A stretch of DNA of 64,000 bases from an uncultured Eubacteriales bacterium. GTDB taxonomy: Bacteria > Bacillota > Clostridia > Oscillospirales > CAG-272. The stretch spans positions 50,206 to 114,205 of the forward strand of contig URAP01000002.1 of the NCBI GenBank assembly GCA_900545935.1, read 5' to 3'. The position numbers and the translations under genes are program-made. Each line of letters begins with the position of its first letter. Position 1 is the stretch's first letter. Of this stretch, positions 22,249 through 32,604 are shown one piece after another. The notes under the pieces are model-generated. The model saw only the letters and a list, made by a program, of their open reading frames with translations, did no database searches and had not been told where the DNA came from.

Positions 22249-23754
22249 TTATTTTTTCCTGAACATATTTAGCAGATATGTCTTCTCATAATCCTTAAAT
22301 CCGATAGCAAAAAGAAGAGCGGCATAAACTAAAACAAAAACTGCCGCCTTAGCTATCCAAATCAACCATCCGCCGGTAGCGACACGATTAACAGCAAATA
22401 AAACGCCTGCGGATATCAGGCAGCAAAGCCATATTCTGCTGAAAATATTGGCGAAAATCCGGACAATGTTTAATTTAATCACCTTCGCATAGTAGATATT
22501 CATAGCAATAATGTTCGCCGCAATCAAGCCGATTGCAGTACCGATACAGGCAGCTATTGGGCCGTACTTAGGTACCCCTATCAGCGTAAACAAAAGATTA
22601 AATACCGCCATTACACAAACCGCTACAGTTCTGAACAGCATTTTATTCTGAGCTCTTAAAATAGAAAGACAAACATTTTGTACGAGCGGTATTGTCGTAG
22701 GCACCATCAACAGCAGACCAACTATCCAGGCAAAGGAATAACCGTCTCCGAGCCAAAGTCGAATAAATTCTTTACCGATAACAATATATCCGCATAAAGC
22801 ACCGCCCAGAGCGGCAAATTCCAATCTTCCGATTTTAATTACCGTATCCTCAAGCCGGCTTAGAGATTCATTAGACGCAACCTGCTTACTGACAGTAGGC
22901 AGCATAAGATCGGAGAATGCAACTGCAAACTGCTCGTACATATTATATAATTGCAGACCTATCGAATACACCGCAACGGCAGAGGCACCGATGTATGCCC
23001 CTATAACAATATTGTCAAGATTACTGTTGAATTGTACGGCAACTGATTGAATAAACATCAGCAGTGTATATAAAAACGAGCCGAAAAACAAGCTTTTATT
23101 CCAACGATACAAGTGAATCCTAATGCCGATCTTTTTACGAAAGTATATTAACTGTACAATCATCGCAATAACAAGCAGTACAATTTCAATCCAAAGTAAT
23201 ACGGCAGAATCTGCAACACGATGTAAAATAAGCACCGACAGCAAAAGCTTAGCAATTAATCTGCTCAGTTTTAATCCGTTGGCAAAAGCATAATGCTCAC
23301 AGCCCGCAACAAGACCGAAATTGACCTTTTCAAAAGTACTCAGTACAAGTATAACTGCAAATAACAAAAACAGCTGCTTCGCCTTACCGAGTTCTGCCGG
23401 GGTGAGCGACCTATCGTATATATTATCAATTCTAAAATATGCAGCAATCGAAACTAAAACCATAATTGCAGAAATAGCCGTTGCTTCAATCATTGCCATA
23501 GCTGCAAAATTTCCGAGCTCTATCTTTTCGTCGCTGGCATAAAATTTCGCCGCAAATCTTAGCACGGTGCTTCCGATACCGAGATCTAAAATCGTAAGTG
23601 AACCGATGAATGACCCGATTATTTTGTATACTCCGTACTCGCCGTCTCCGAGAGATGAAATAAGAAATGGCGTAAAAAACAAGCCATAGCAAGTATTAAC
23701 AATGATAAGTAAATATGACAGCATGGCACCGTTTTTTATTTCTTTGGAATTCAT
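22249..23754 (-). CDS. wzx: Wzx-type oligosaccharide flippase
   Basis: 501 aa and multi-TM throughout, in the polysaccharide-biosynthesis (MOP) family layout, inside the glycan locus. Confidence 0.8.
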   Translation of the reverse strand: MNSKEIKNGAMLSYLLIIVNTCYGLFFTPFLISSLGDGEYGVYKIIGSFIGSLTILDLGIGSTVLRFAAKFYASDEKIELGNFAAMAMIEATAISAIMVLVSIAAYFRIDNIYDRSLTPAELGKAKQLFLLFAVILVLSTFEKVNFGLVAGCEHYAFANGLKLSRLIAKLLLSVLILHRVADSAVLLWIEIVLLVIAMIVQLIYFRKKIGIRIHLYRWNKSLFFGSFLYTLLMFIQSVAVQFNSNLDNIVIGAYIGASAVAVYSIGLQLYNMYEQFAVAFSDLMLPTVSKQVASNESLSRLEDTVIKIGRLEFAALGGALCGYIVIGKEFIRLWLGDGYSFAWIVGLLLMVPTTIPLVQNVCLSILRAQNKMLFRTVAVCVMAVFNLLFTLIGVPKYGPIAACIGTAIGLIAANIIAMNIYYAKVIKLNIVRIFANIFSRIWLCCLISAGVLFAVNRVATGGWLIWIAKAAVFVLVYAALLFAIGFKDYEKTYLLNMFRKK

Positions 23755-23778
23755 TAATTCAGCTCACCTCAATAATCT

Positions 23779-24942
23779 TCATTTCATTTTACGGCACTCA
23801 AGTGATTTTTCTGCAATTCTGCTGTAAAGAAAAATATCGGTAGCATCCGATTCGGCAACAGATTTCATTTGATTATATTTTTCTGTGCCGTTGTATTCGG
23901 AAATCTTTTTCTTTAAACCGACTGTCGTAACATCGTCGATAAAATCGGCATTTCCGCCGTTATTAACATGCTCCATACCCTCCCAGCGTCTGAAAAGGCA
24001 CGGGACCTTGCAAGCGCATGCCTGCTCCCACATGACCGAATGTCCGCCGGGAAAAACGACAAGATCGGCTGCAAAAAAATATCTGTAAACCTCGTCTGCA
24101 GCGAGCCAGCCAACATAAATAATATTGGAATATTCAGAAAGCAGTGAATCGAATCTATCCTTTATTCCACCCTCGACCCTGCCGAACACAAGCAGCTTTA
24201 TACCCGGCATATCACCGCACGCCTGCATAAGTGTATCAATGTGCTTCTCGGAGTCTATTCTGCCTCCGGTCACTACAAGAAAATCGGAATCCGGTATACC
24301 GCATTCCCGACGGACCGCTTCACGCTCGGTGCTGCGCTCGGCAAGACCGAGCTTTTCATCATCCGCCCCCATTATAAGAACGTCCGTCTTTTCTCTCGGA
24401 ATGCCGTAATAATCTATCGCATATTCACGCCGCCAAGGCGTTACTCCGTACACACGGCTCACATAGCGTATCGAGCGGCGATTAAAGGCGCGCTGAAAAC
24501 CTCTTAATAATCTGCCCTTAAATCCGCTCGGCAGATTACAGTTATTATAGTCCTCGTGATTATCCTGAACTATAACACATTCCGGAGCGATACGCTTCTT
24601 ATACCGCACCGCATCAAAAACAGTCGCACCCTTCAACCCGTGATAAAAGATAAAATCCGGTTTGATACTTTCGAGATAACCGTACACCGGCAGCTTTGAC
24701 ATAATATTCGTTAGCACCGGGTTATGATAATCAACGGTTTTGAGCCTTATGATATGCACTCCGTCGTCGAGTGTATACTCACCGCACACTGTCTCGGCAA
24801 TCCCGTCAGGTGTATGCATTTTATTTGTTATAATGACCGTGACATCATGACCGAGCTTCTTCTGATACCTCGGCAGGAGGTTGTCCTGATATCCCCAGTT
24901 ATCGTTATACGGTGCGTTTGGTGCTATGTGTACTATCTTCAT
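23779..24942 (-). CDS. Glycosyltransferase, GT-B fold (GT4-like)
   Basis: 387 aa. The N-terminus MKIVHIAPNAPYND and the C-terminal donor-binding-like region (FPGG...WEQACACKVPCL) fit the family. Locus context supports the call. Confidence 0.7.
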   Translation of the reverse strand: MKIVHIAPNAPYNDNWGYQDNLLPRYQKKLGHDVTVIITNKMHTPDGIAETVCGEYTLDDGVHIIRLKTVDYHNPVLTNIMSKLPVYGYLESIKPDFIFYHGLKGATVFDAVRYKKRIAPECVIVQDNHEDYNNCNLPSGFKGRLLRGFQRAFNRRSIRYVSRVYGVTPWRREYAIDYYGIPREKTDVLIMGADDEKLGLAERSTEREAVRRECGIPDSDFLVVTGGRIDSEKHIDTLMQACGDMPGIKLLVFGRVEGGIKDRFDSLLSEYSNIIYVGWLAADEVYRYFFAADLVVFPGGHSVMWEQACACKVPCLFRRWEGMEHVNNGGNADFIDDVTTVGLKKKISEYNGTEKYNQMKSVAESDATDIFLYSRIAEKSLECRKMK

Positions 24943-26143
24943 AAAGCTTCACATACTCCGCAAATTTTTCATTCATATCAAAGCGCTTTGCGTACTCGAT
25001 ACATGCCTCACGGGAATACGGCTTGTCACGGCAGATGCGGATGATCTCGGAGTAAAGAGCGTCATTATCATTACAGGGGACAACAGCACCCACTCCCTCT
25101 CCGACCATCTCCGGACTGCCTCCGGTCCTGAAAGTTAGCACCGGTGTCCCGCAAGCGATGGATTCCATATTGACCGTCGGATAATTGTCCTCACGTGTCG
25201 GATTGACAAACAGATCGGCTGCCGTAAATATCTCCGCAAGCTCGCGCTGCGACTGTGTCTTATGTACCGAGATAATATTATCCGGCAGCAGAGCGTCGAC
25301 CGATTCGTCTGTACCGACCAAAACGAGCTGATACCTATCACGGTCAAGTCGGTGTGCGAGATCAACAAATACATCGAGTCCCTTTCTGTCTCCCCATCCG
25401 AACGCAACGCCGAGCAGTACTGCTTTTTCCTGCGGGATAGAATGGTGCCGACGAAAGTCGGACTCGACAGGTCGAAATACCGACAGGTCGATCCCGTTAT
25501 TTATGACCCTTATCGGGTACCGACCCAAAAACGACTCCTTTACAAGCCCTGCGAGCCACTCGGACGGTGTAACTATCGTCATATTCGGGACATCCGAAAA
25601 CCACTTCTTTTTCAGCTTAAACATCCGTGCTGAATTATCGACCCTGCTTCGCGGATAAACATCGAGCTGCGGGCAGTCATGGCATGAGGTTTTCCATTTA
25701 TCGCAGCCGACCATCTCAAAATACGGGCAGTGTCCGGTAAACGCCCAGCAATCATGGAGTGTCCATATCACATCTGCACCGCTGCGCTTCAGATAATCAA
25801 AGAGCATCGGCAGATTGATGCAGAACTTATGCAGATTATGCAGATGTATTATGTCGGGAGAAAAACGCTCGATATCCTCGAGCAGCTTCTTTGTTCCGTG
25901 CTTTGAATGAAGTCCGTTCCCGCCGAAGGTGCTGCCGAGGTAATAGTGAACCATATTCTCAAACGGACTGCCCCAAGAATAGTGATCCTCGAGCTTTTTC
26001 TCGGGCGATTTTTCATATCTGTCAAACGGTACCGTCGAATACGTGCGTGCCGTATGACCGTGCTGCCGGGCAGCTCTCGCAATATTCAGCATAATATTTC
26101 CGGTGCTGCCGTACGGAAACATATTTATCTGAGCCACTTTCAC
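24905..26143 (-). CDS. Glycosyltransferase family 4
   Basis: 412 aa with the E-x7-E region FVNPTREDNYPTVNMESIACGTPVLTFRTGGSPEMV. Confidence 0.8.
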   Translation of the reverse strand: MKVAQINMFPYGSTGNIMLNIARAARQHGHTARTYSTVPFDRYEKSPEKKLEDHYSWGSPFENMVHYYLGSTFGGNGLHSKHGTKKLLEDIERFSPDIIHLHNLHKFCINLPMLFDYLKRSGADVIWTLHDCWAFTGHCPYFEMVGCDKWKTSCHDCPQLDVYPRSRVDNSARMFKLKKKWFSDVPNMTIVTPSEWLAGLVKESFLGRYPIRVINNGIDLSVFRPVESDFRRHHSIPQEKAVLLGVAFGWGDRKGLDVFVDLAHRLDRDRYQLVLVGTDESVDALLPDNIISVHKTQSQRELAEIFTAADLFVNPTREDNYPTVNMESIACGTPVLTFRTGGSPEMVGEGVGAVVPCNDNDALYSEIIRICRDKPYSREACIEYAKRFDMNEKFAEYVKLYEDSTHSTKRTV

Positions 26144-26166
26144 GGAAAATCCACCTCTTTGATCAT

Positions 26167-27387
26167 TTAATCATTAATTTTGTACCAATATAAATATCCC
26201 GGCGGGTGCGCACGGCGTATCTCTGCAACGCACAATCCAAGCAGCAAAAACAGAAACTTTTCATCAAGATACGAACCGGAAAGAAAGAGCTTAAAAAAGC
26301 ACGCAAAGATAAGCGAAATAATAAGTCCTTTGCACTCTATCGTTTTAGCGCTCAGATATCCTCGCAGCAAGGTCATCGCAATAAGTAAAAAAATCATCGT
26401 TCCTATCAGCAAGCCGAATTCTACCCAAAGCTCAAGAACAATATTGTGAGCATATGAACCGGCGATAACGCGGTCGCCGCAAAGTCCGTATCCGTCAAAC
26501 AGGTGCACGCCAATTGCATCAAGGAGTTTTGCTTGTATTACATCCCTTGAGTTAATATTTGCGGCGGTTCCGCTGAGCAGCTTATCAAAGATACGAACGC
26601 TGAGTCCGAGGTTGGTCGCCTTGTTGTACATCCATGTAATCGACTTTAAATAAAGAGGGCTTGAAATAAATGCGCCTATTCCTCCGAATATAAGCAGGAT
26701 TCTCGTGATCGCCCACTTAGATGTCTTTCCGGCTGCCATGAGAAGCGCAATAAATATGATGCATATCAGAGCGGCACCGCGCGTTCCGAGCATAAGGATA
26801 TAAAAGCATCCTGCAGCAGCAACAACGGCATGCATCGGTCGTGAACGCTTTATGGCGGAATAAGCAATCAAGCAGCAATGAGGGAGCAGCTTGTAGGCAC
26901 GATCCATGTCCCCCTGATACTGCGACGCCATCTGACTCATCGGAGCACCGAGGATTAGCTTATATGCCATATCCGACACTATCGTCAGCAGCGACAAGAC
27001 TACCATTATTTTTATTATTCTGTCGCGTTCCGGCGAATCACCCAGACTGATGCCTACGATATAAAGCGGCAGAATCTTCAACAGGAAATCTACCATATAC
27101 CTGTTTATATAGTATTGCGCATCGCGGTAGAAGATCCAGTTTGCCATAAAAACGACAACTATTGCCAAAATAACGAACATATCCCATGCACGAACTTTGA
27201 ATTTCGGGATAGACAACACTATCAGAAGTATAAACAGCGCATCAAAGACTATATCTCTGTATACTCCTATATACGGTATTTTCGAAAAAACAACACGCAA
27301 ATATTGAAGCAAAAAGTCCTGCGACCATATCCAAAAAACAAGCAGTGCGAATGCACTGATCGCTTTTTTCCCGTCTCTAACAATCAT
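26167..27387 (-). CDS. wzy: Wzy-type polymerase / O-antigen-ligase-like membrane protein
   Basis: About 406 aa with 10 or more TM segments and a larger loop in the C-terminal half. It is the only such protein in the locus. I placed the start at MIVRDGK (27387), with GGTGG upstream. Confidence 0.6.
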   Translation of the reverse strand: MIVRDGKKAISAFALLVFWIWSQDFLLQYLRVVFSKIPYIGVYRDIVFDALFILLIVLSIPKFKVRAWDMFVILAIVVVFMANWIFYRDAQYYINRYMVDFLLKILPLYIVGISLGDSPERDRIIKIMVVLSLLTIVSDMAYKLILGAPMSQMASQYQGDMDRAYKLLPHCCLIAYSAIKRSRPMHAVVAAAGCFYILMLGTRGAALICIIFIALLMAAGKTSKWAITRILLIFGGIGAFISSPLYLKSITWMYNKATNLGLSVRIFDKLLSGTAANINSRDVIQAKLLDAIGVHLFDGYGLCGDRVIAGSYAHNIVLELWVEFGLLIGTMIFLLIAMTLLRGYLSAKTIECKGLIISLIFACFFKLFLSGSYLDEKFLFLLLGLCVAEIRRAHPPGYLYWYKIND

Positions 27388-27415
27388 TATGCCACCAAAG
27401 TTACAAACCAAATAC

Positions 27416-28636
27416 CTATTCGGACAAAAAATCAAGTATGCGCTTTGCCTGCCTGACCCGATTCTTCTCGCCGAGCACAAAGCGTTTTGCGCACGCACCT
27501 TCAAGCGTGCGCTCCTCGGCAGACCTATTTAATACGTCTGTGATAACTCCCGCAAGTGCCTGTGGAGAATCGTCCGGCACATAATTTATATATCTGTCAT
27601 ATTCACTCGGAATGCCGTCCAGCCTGTACGCAACTACCGGGACACCCGAGGCAAGATACTCCATTGTCTTTGAAGGGAAGCTATACCTTGTAAACTCCTC
27701 GTTATTCTGTCTCGGATTGACCAGCACGGAAGCACCTCGCTGGAGTGCAAGCGCCTCTTTTCGGTCGACACGCCCGAGGAAGATCACCCGGCTGTCGTTC
27801 ATTTCGGATATTGCAGCCTCCGCTTCGCCGAACCCGCATATTATCAGCTTTAAGCTTTCATCCGGAATATAAGAAAACGCCTCAAGAAGTGTGCCGATGC
27901 CGAAGGAATAATTCAGCGTTCCGGTATATAGAACATATTTTTCGCCTGAATATTTTTCGGCGATTCCGCTTGCGGCAGGCTCGCTATCATCAGGCGCAAT
28001 GCCTTCCATTACCATATACGGCGCCCTTATATTCAGCCTTTGAGCCATACTGTCGGTGAGCAGAACAAAGCGATCGATATATCCGTAAAGGGCTGCGGTC
28101 TTACGTGTCTGATAGATATTATAGAGCCGCCTTATACCGTGAAGCTCGATCGCGGAAGAAAATTCCGGCAGATCGGCAATGACACAGCAGGTGAGAATAT
28201 CGCGATCAAGGCTTTTTGCATATTTAGCAAGGCTGAGGAACATCGGCAGCGCTGTATAAAGTATGATTATTTTCCTTCTGTCATCTTTTTTTCTTACCCA
28301 GTTTTTCAGCTCTCTTGCAAACGGTCGGTAATCGGCAAACTGTTTGACAACGGTCAGATTCGTACAACCGACCACCTTATCATCTGATTCATATTGCGAC
28401 GTATGGCAAAAACGATATTCCTCTATTCGTCTGTCGGTATACCCACTCGGGTAGCTATCGACAGGAAGATAATCAAGGATAGTGACCGTTCCGGGGTCGT
28501 TTGCATCAAGACCGTCTATAATATTCCATTGAAGCGCGTTTGCGGCATCCTGCATGCCGGTTTTCATCTTGGTTTTTATTTCCGATTCGAGCTGTCTCGG
28601 AAAAAGCCTGCCGAGAAAAAGAATATCGTATCGCAT
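27416..28636 (-). CDS. Glycosyltransferase family 4
   Basis: 406 aa with the E-x7-E region LVNPRQNNEEFTRYSFPSKTMEYLASGVPVVAY. Confidence 0.8.
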   Translation of the reverse strand: MRYDILFLGRLFPRQLESEIKTKMKTGMQDAANALQWNIIDGLDANDPGTVTILDYLPVDSYPSGYTDRRIEEYRFCHTSQYESDDKVVGCTNLTVVKQFADYRPFARELKNWVRKKDDRRKIIILYTALPMFLSLAKYAKSLDRDILTCCVIADLPEFSSAIELHGIRRLYNIYQTRKTAALYGYIDRFVLLTDSMAQRLNIRAPYMVMEGIAPDDSEPAASGIAEKYSGEKYVLYTGTLNYSFGIGTLLEAFSYIPDESLKLIICGFGEAEAAISEMNDSRVIFLGRVDRKEALALQRGASVLVNPRQNNEEFTRYSFPSKTMEYLASGVPVVAYRLDGIPSEYDRYINYVPDDSPQALAGVITDVLNRSAEERTLEGACAKRFVLGEKNRVRQAKRILDFLSE

Positions 28637-28692
28637 TTACATCTCCCGTTTTTCGGATGCGGTAGAACGACCGTGTATTTAACAAAAATGCT

Positions 28693-29514
28693 TTATCTGC
28701 CTGCGGTAAAGTCGGAATACGACATCCCGGATCGGTAGCCCTTTATTCCGTTCCGCATATGAGAGTATATCCCCTTTATACCAAATCCGGAGGAAGCGTA
28801 CATATTACGATGACGCAGCAGATCCTGCAGGCAAAGCGGCTGTGCGAGCCTGCGGCTCATCGCGCAGAAGAAAGCGCCCTTATCATAAAAATATTTTTCG
28901 TTGTATCCCTTAAACCATGACGAATCGCTCTGATCTACGGTCGCGATGGTTTTCGGAAAAGTAAATATCTTCATGCCGCATCTGAGCATATCACGTATAA
29001 AGAGAGAATCCTCTCCGGCAGAATACTTTGCTCCGCCGCCGAAATCAAGGCTGAACCTGATAGGAGCTGCGGTAAGGCGCTCTCTGCGAACCGCTATTCT
29101 TGCCGCCCCGTAGTTGAAAGCATTAAAGAAATGCAGCCGGCGGATATCGCCGTTCATTCTTCTGCCCATGCTGTCGCCGACGGTATCAATATTGAATATG
29201 AGAGCATCCGCCTGCGGCAGCTGCCGAAAAGCCTCGATCACCGCATTTTCATAGCCGTCGATGTATCTCATATCGTCATCCGCTATCAGCAGTATCTCAC
29301 CGCTCGCATGCTCAAGAGCAATATTGCGGTTTACGCCGACACCGCGTGTCGAGGTGGTTATCATGAGCGCGGTAAACCCGCCGTCATTCCGGATATCGGT
29401 GCGGTCGGTATCGGATTGATTTGCAAAAACGGCATCGGTCTGAATATTCATCTCCTGCAGCTTTGAAAAATCCTTTTGATGCATTGTAGCTACCAAGACC
29501 TGAACCCTTGACAT
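28693..29514 (-). CDS. Glycosyltransferase, GT-A fold (GT2-like)
   Basis: 273 aa with the DxD-like segment LLIADDDMRY. Locus context supports the call. Confidence 0.7.
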   Translation of the reverse strand: MSRVQVLVATMHQKDFSKLQEMNIQTDAVFANQSDTDRTDIRNDGGFTALMITTSTRGVGVNRNIALEHASGEILLIADDDMRYIDGYENAVIEAFRQLPQADALIFNIDTVGDSMGRRMNGDIRRLHFFNAFNYGAARIAVRRERLTAAPIRFSLDFGGGAKYSAGEDSLFIRDMLRCGMKIFTFPKTIATVDQSDSSWFKGYNEKYFYDKGAFFCAMSRRLAQPLCLQDLLRHRNMYASSGFGIKGIYSHMRNGIKGYRSGMSYSDFTAGR

Positions 29515-29625
29515 CGCCGTCTCCTTACGTTAAATAACAGTTTTCCGCCGATCCGCAAAATGCCGTAAGAAAATTACATGCGACACTCTCGCAGAATCGG
29601 CGAAATAACCGTCTGAATTTATTGA

Positions 29626-30948
29626 TTATAGGCGCCAGAAGCTAAGCCCCGAGCTTCTCAGCTCGTCCATTCCGTACAGCCCCTTGACATCGAGCAGTAC
29701 CTTTTCGTCGTCGGGGATATCGGCATACAGCCTCTTGATATCGTTAAGTCCGAGCGCCCGGAATTCATTATGAGCAACAGCAACTATTACGCAGTCTGCA
29801 CCGCTGACCTCAGAAAGCTCCGTGAGATGCACGCCGTATTCGCGCACGGCATCCCGCTCGCTCGCCCACGGGTCAACGACTATCGGCTCTATTCCGTATT
29901 CGCCGAGCCTGCGGATAATATCATTCACCTTACTGTTTCGGGTATCGGGGCAATTCTCCTTAAATGTAAGACCGAGAATGACTACCTTCGATTTTTTCGG
30001 AGCCTGTCCTGCCTCAATCATCTTTTTGACAGCGGCATCCGCGACAAAAGCTCCCATGCTGTCGTTGACAATACGTCCGTTGAGTATTATCTGACTGTGA
30101 TACCCGAGCTTTTCCGCTTCGTATGTGAAATAATAAGGATCAACGCCGATGCAATGACCGCCGACAAGTCCGGGGCGGAAGCCGAGCGCATTCCACTTCG
30201 TATTCATTCCGTCAACGACCTCGTTTGTGTCGATGCCCATACGGTCGAATACCATGGCAAGCTCATTCATAAACGCAATATTTATATCTCTCTGGCTGTT
30301 CTCAACGACCTTGACCGCCTCGGCGGTCTTGATGGTCGATACCGGGTATGTTCCGACCTCTATCACAATATCATATACCTTTTTGATGATATCGAGCGAT
30401 TCCTTATCCATACCCGAAACGATCTTGCGTATATTCTCGAGGCGATGAACCTTGTCGCCTGGATTTATACGCTCGGGTGAATATCCGACCTTAAAATCAA
30501 CGCCGCACTTCATGCCCGACTCGCGCTCGAGTATCGGAACGCATACATCCTCGGTAACGCCGGGATACACGGTCGATTCATATACTACAATAGAGCCCTT
30601 TGTCAGATTTCTACCCACTATCTCGCTTGCGCCGACGACCGGGGAGAGATCCGGGGTATGGTCTGAATTGACCGGCGTAGGGACGGCGACTATATGAAAT
30701 TTCGCATCCTTCAGTGCGCTCTCGTCGGAGGTAAATCGGACGGTCGTTTTTCCGATAGCCTCGTCACCGACCTCCTTTGTCGGGTCGACGCCCGAACGGT
30801 AAAGCTCAATCTTTGCAGCATTGAGGTCAAAGCCGATAACATCAAGACCTTTGGCTGCAAACGCAAGTGCTATCGGCATTCCGACATAGCCGAGTCCGAT
30901 AAGCGCGAGCTTTTCTTTTCTGTTTACTATATCATCGTACAGCGACAT
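29626..30948 (-). CDS. Nucleotide-sugar 6-dehydrogenase (TviB/WbpO/WbpA-like UDP-HexNAc dehydrogenase)
   Basis: 440 aa with the Rossmann motif IGLGYVGMPIALAFAAKG and the catalytic-Cys motif VGGHCIGVDPYY. Confidence 0.85.
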   Translation of the reverse strand: MSLYDDIVNRKEKLALIGLGYVGMPIALAFAAKGLDVIGFDLNAAKIELYRSGVDPTKEVGDEAIGKTTVRFTSDESALKDAKFHIVAVPTPVNSDHTPDLSPVVGASEIVGRNLTKGSIVVYESTVYPGVTEDVCVPILERESGMKCGVDFKVGYSPERINPGDKVHRLENIRKIVSGMDKESLDIIKKVYDIVIEVGTYPVSTIKTAEAVKVVENSQRDINIAFMNELAMVFDRMGIDTNEVVDGMNTKWNALGFRPGLVGGHCIGVDPYYFTYEAEKLGYHSQIILNGRIVNDSMGAFVADAAVKKMIEAGQAPKKSKVVILGLTFKENCPDTRNSKVNDIIRRLGEYGIEPIVVDPWASERDAVREYGVHLTELSEVSGADCVIVAVAHNEFRALGLNDIKRLYADIPDDEKVLLDVKGLYGMDELRSSGLSFWRL

Positions 30949-30993
30949 ATATAACTCCTTATTAATGACAAATATATTACACCGATATCGGTG

Positions 30994-31785
30994 CTAAGAC
31001 AAGGATATAGCAGGAAGCTCGGAGGTCTTTTCTCTGTATCTGATCTTCTTTAAAAAACCGAAAAACAGATTTCTCACAGTAAGGCAGGCTGCGACGAACG
31101 GATTCTTTTTCAGTTCGATACGAAACAGCAGATAATGCCATTTTATCAGCTTGAGCTTACTTCCGCTCGAGACCGAGCCGTCATGCTTGATATAATAAGA
31201 AAGACACTCGGGAAGCCGGTGGCAGCTGCTCTTTTCTATAATATGCAGCCACATTGCATAGTCGTTATTTTTCCGTAGATCGCTTATCTGAACAAGTCCG
31301 ATTCTTTCTCGGTCATACATCACGGTTATGGTCGAAAAATAGCAATAATCATACATTTTCCTGCGGTCAACGACATCGGGTCCGACATAAACATACGGGA
31401 TCCACTCACCGTTCATGCAGATCATATAGTCGGTGTATGTAAAGTCATAATCGTTTTCGAGCATAAACGCCGTCTGTCGGCTCAGCTTTTCCGGCGCCCA
31501 GATATCGTCGCTGTCAAGAAAAGCTATCCATTTTCCCGTTGCCGCTCTCAGCGCAGTATTTCGCGACAGCGCCGCGCCCATATTAACGGGATTCTTGATA
31601 TATCTGATCCTCCCGTCGGTAAGAAACGGTGCAACAACGGAATCGGTGTCATCGGTAGATGCATCGTCGACGATTATCAGCTCCCACCGGTCGTAGGTCT
31701 GCGCAATGACCGAGTGTATCGAAGCGGCTATATATTTTCCGGTATTATAAGACGGCATAATTACCGAGACAAGTCCGTCCTGCAT
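30994..31785 (-). CDS. Glycosyltransferase family 2
   Basis: 263 aa with VSVIMPSYNTGKYIAASIHSVIAQTY, IIVDDASTDDT and FLDSDDIW. Confidence 0.88.
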   Translation of the reverse strand: MQDGLVSVIMPSYNTGKYIAASIHSVIAQTYDRWELIIVDDASTDDTDSVVAPFLTDGRIRYIKNPVNMGAALSRNTALRAATGKWIAFLDSDDIWAPEKLSRQTAFMLENDYDFTYTDYMICMNGEWIPYVYVGPDVVDRRKMYDYCYFSTITVMYDRERIGLVQISDLRKNNDYAMWLHIIEKSSCHRLPECLSYYIKHDGSVSSGSKLKLIKWHYLLFRIELKKNPFVAACLTVRNLFFGFLKKIRYREKTSELPAISLS

Positions 31786-31881
31786 ATATCCGCCTCCTTA
31801 GATGATGAGATAAAGATATTGATAATGCTCTTGCCATGCGAAAAACAATTCACGGCAACGAGTTCTCAGAGGACACAACGC

Positions 31882-32580
31882 TCACCTTATACCGAGCAGG
31901 TCCTTTGCCTTTTGCTGTCCCTCTGCATATTCCGTGCGATCAAGCTTGCCCTCGCTGACGAGCCAATCGCCGTAATCCATATCCGAGGCAGTGCCGTCTC
32001 GAACGATATCCCTACGTCTGAGAACCTTGCCGACCGTCTTAAGAATTATGCATGCGTCGCCCCGAAGGGTGATCCCTCGGTCTATGTACATAAGGTCGTA
32101 CTCGAACTTCTCTTCCCAGCTGATGTTGTTTCTGCCGTTGATCTGAGCAAGACCTGTAAGTCCCGGACGAACGGTATGGCGGCGGCGCTGTTCCTCGGTC
32201 ATAAAGACCATATCGCGCACGAGCTGCGGACGCGGTCCGACTATCGCCATATCGCCGATAAGTATATTCACAAGCGACGGCAGCTCGTCAGCCGAGGTCG
32301 TTCTGAGAAATCGCCCGTAGGCATTGAGCCGCTTTTCGTCGGGCAGCATTCTTCCCTGCGCATCCGTTTTGTTATCCATTGTTCTGAACTTAATAAGATA
32401 AAATATTATCTCCTTGCCGTCCGTACCCTTTCGACCCGGCCGCGGCTGAACAAAGAACGGGTTTCCTCGCATGGCTATCGTGCCCGCAAGTACAAGGATC
32501 AGAAAGAACGGCGAAAGCACTATAAGCGCGAGCAATGACAGACAGAAATCTATCACCCTTTTAAAAACATCTGCGTACAT
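31882..32580 (-). CDS. Small monotopic phosphoglycosyl (priming) transferase, PglC/EpsL/WcfS type
   Basis: 232 aa with KRVIDFCLSLLALIVLSPFFL, KFRTM and VGPRPQL, the bacterial sugar transferase family motifs. Confidence 0.88.
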   Translation of the reverse strand: MYADVFKRVIDFCLSLLALIVLSPFFLILVLAGTIAMRGNPFFVQPRPGRKGTDGKEIIFYLIKFRTMDNKTDAQGRMLPDEKRLNAYGRFLRTTSADELPSLVNILIGDMAIVGPRPQLVRDMVFMTEEQRRRHTVRPGLTGLAQINGRNNISWEEKFEYDLMYIDRGITLRGDACIILKTVGKVLRRRDIVRDGTASDMDYGDWLVSEGKLDRTEYAEGQQKAKDLLGIR

Positions 32581-32604
32581 CCGATCCTCCCGAATTCTGC
32601 TGCA

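Noticed and set aside
31714-32538. 274-aa plus-strand ORF
   Set aside because: It is antisense to the GT2 and priming-transferase genes. It is a shadow ORF.
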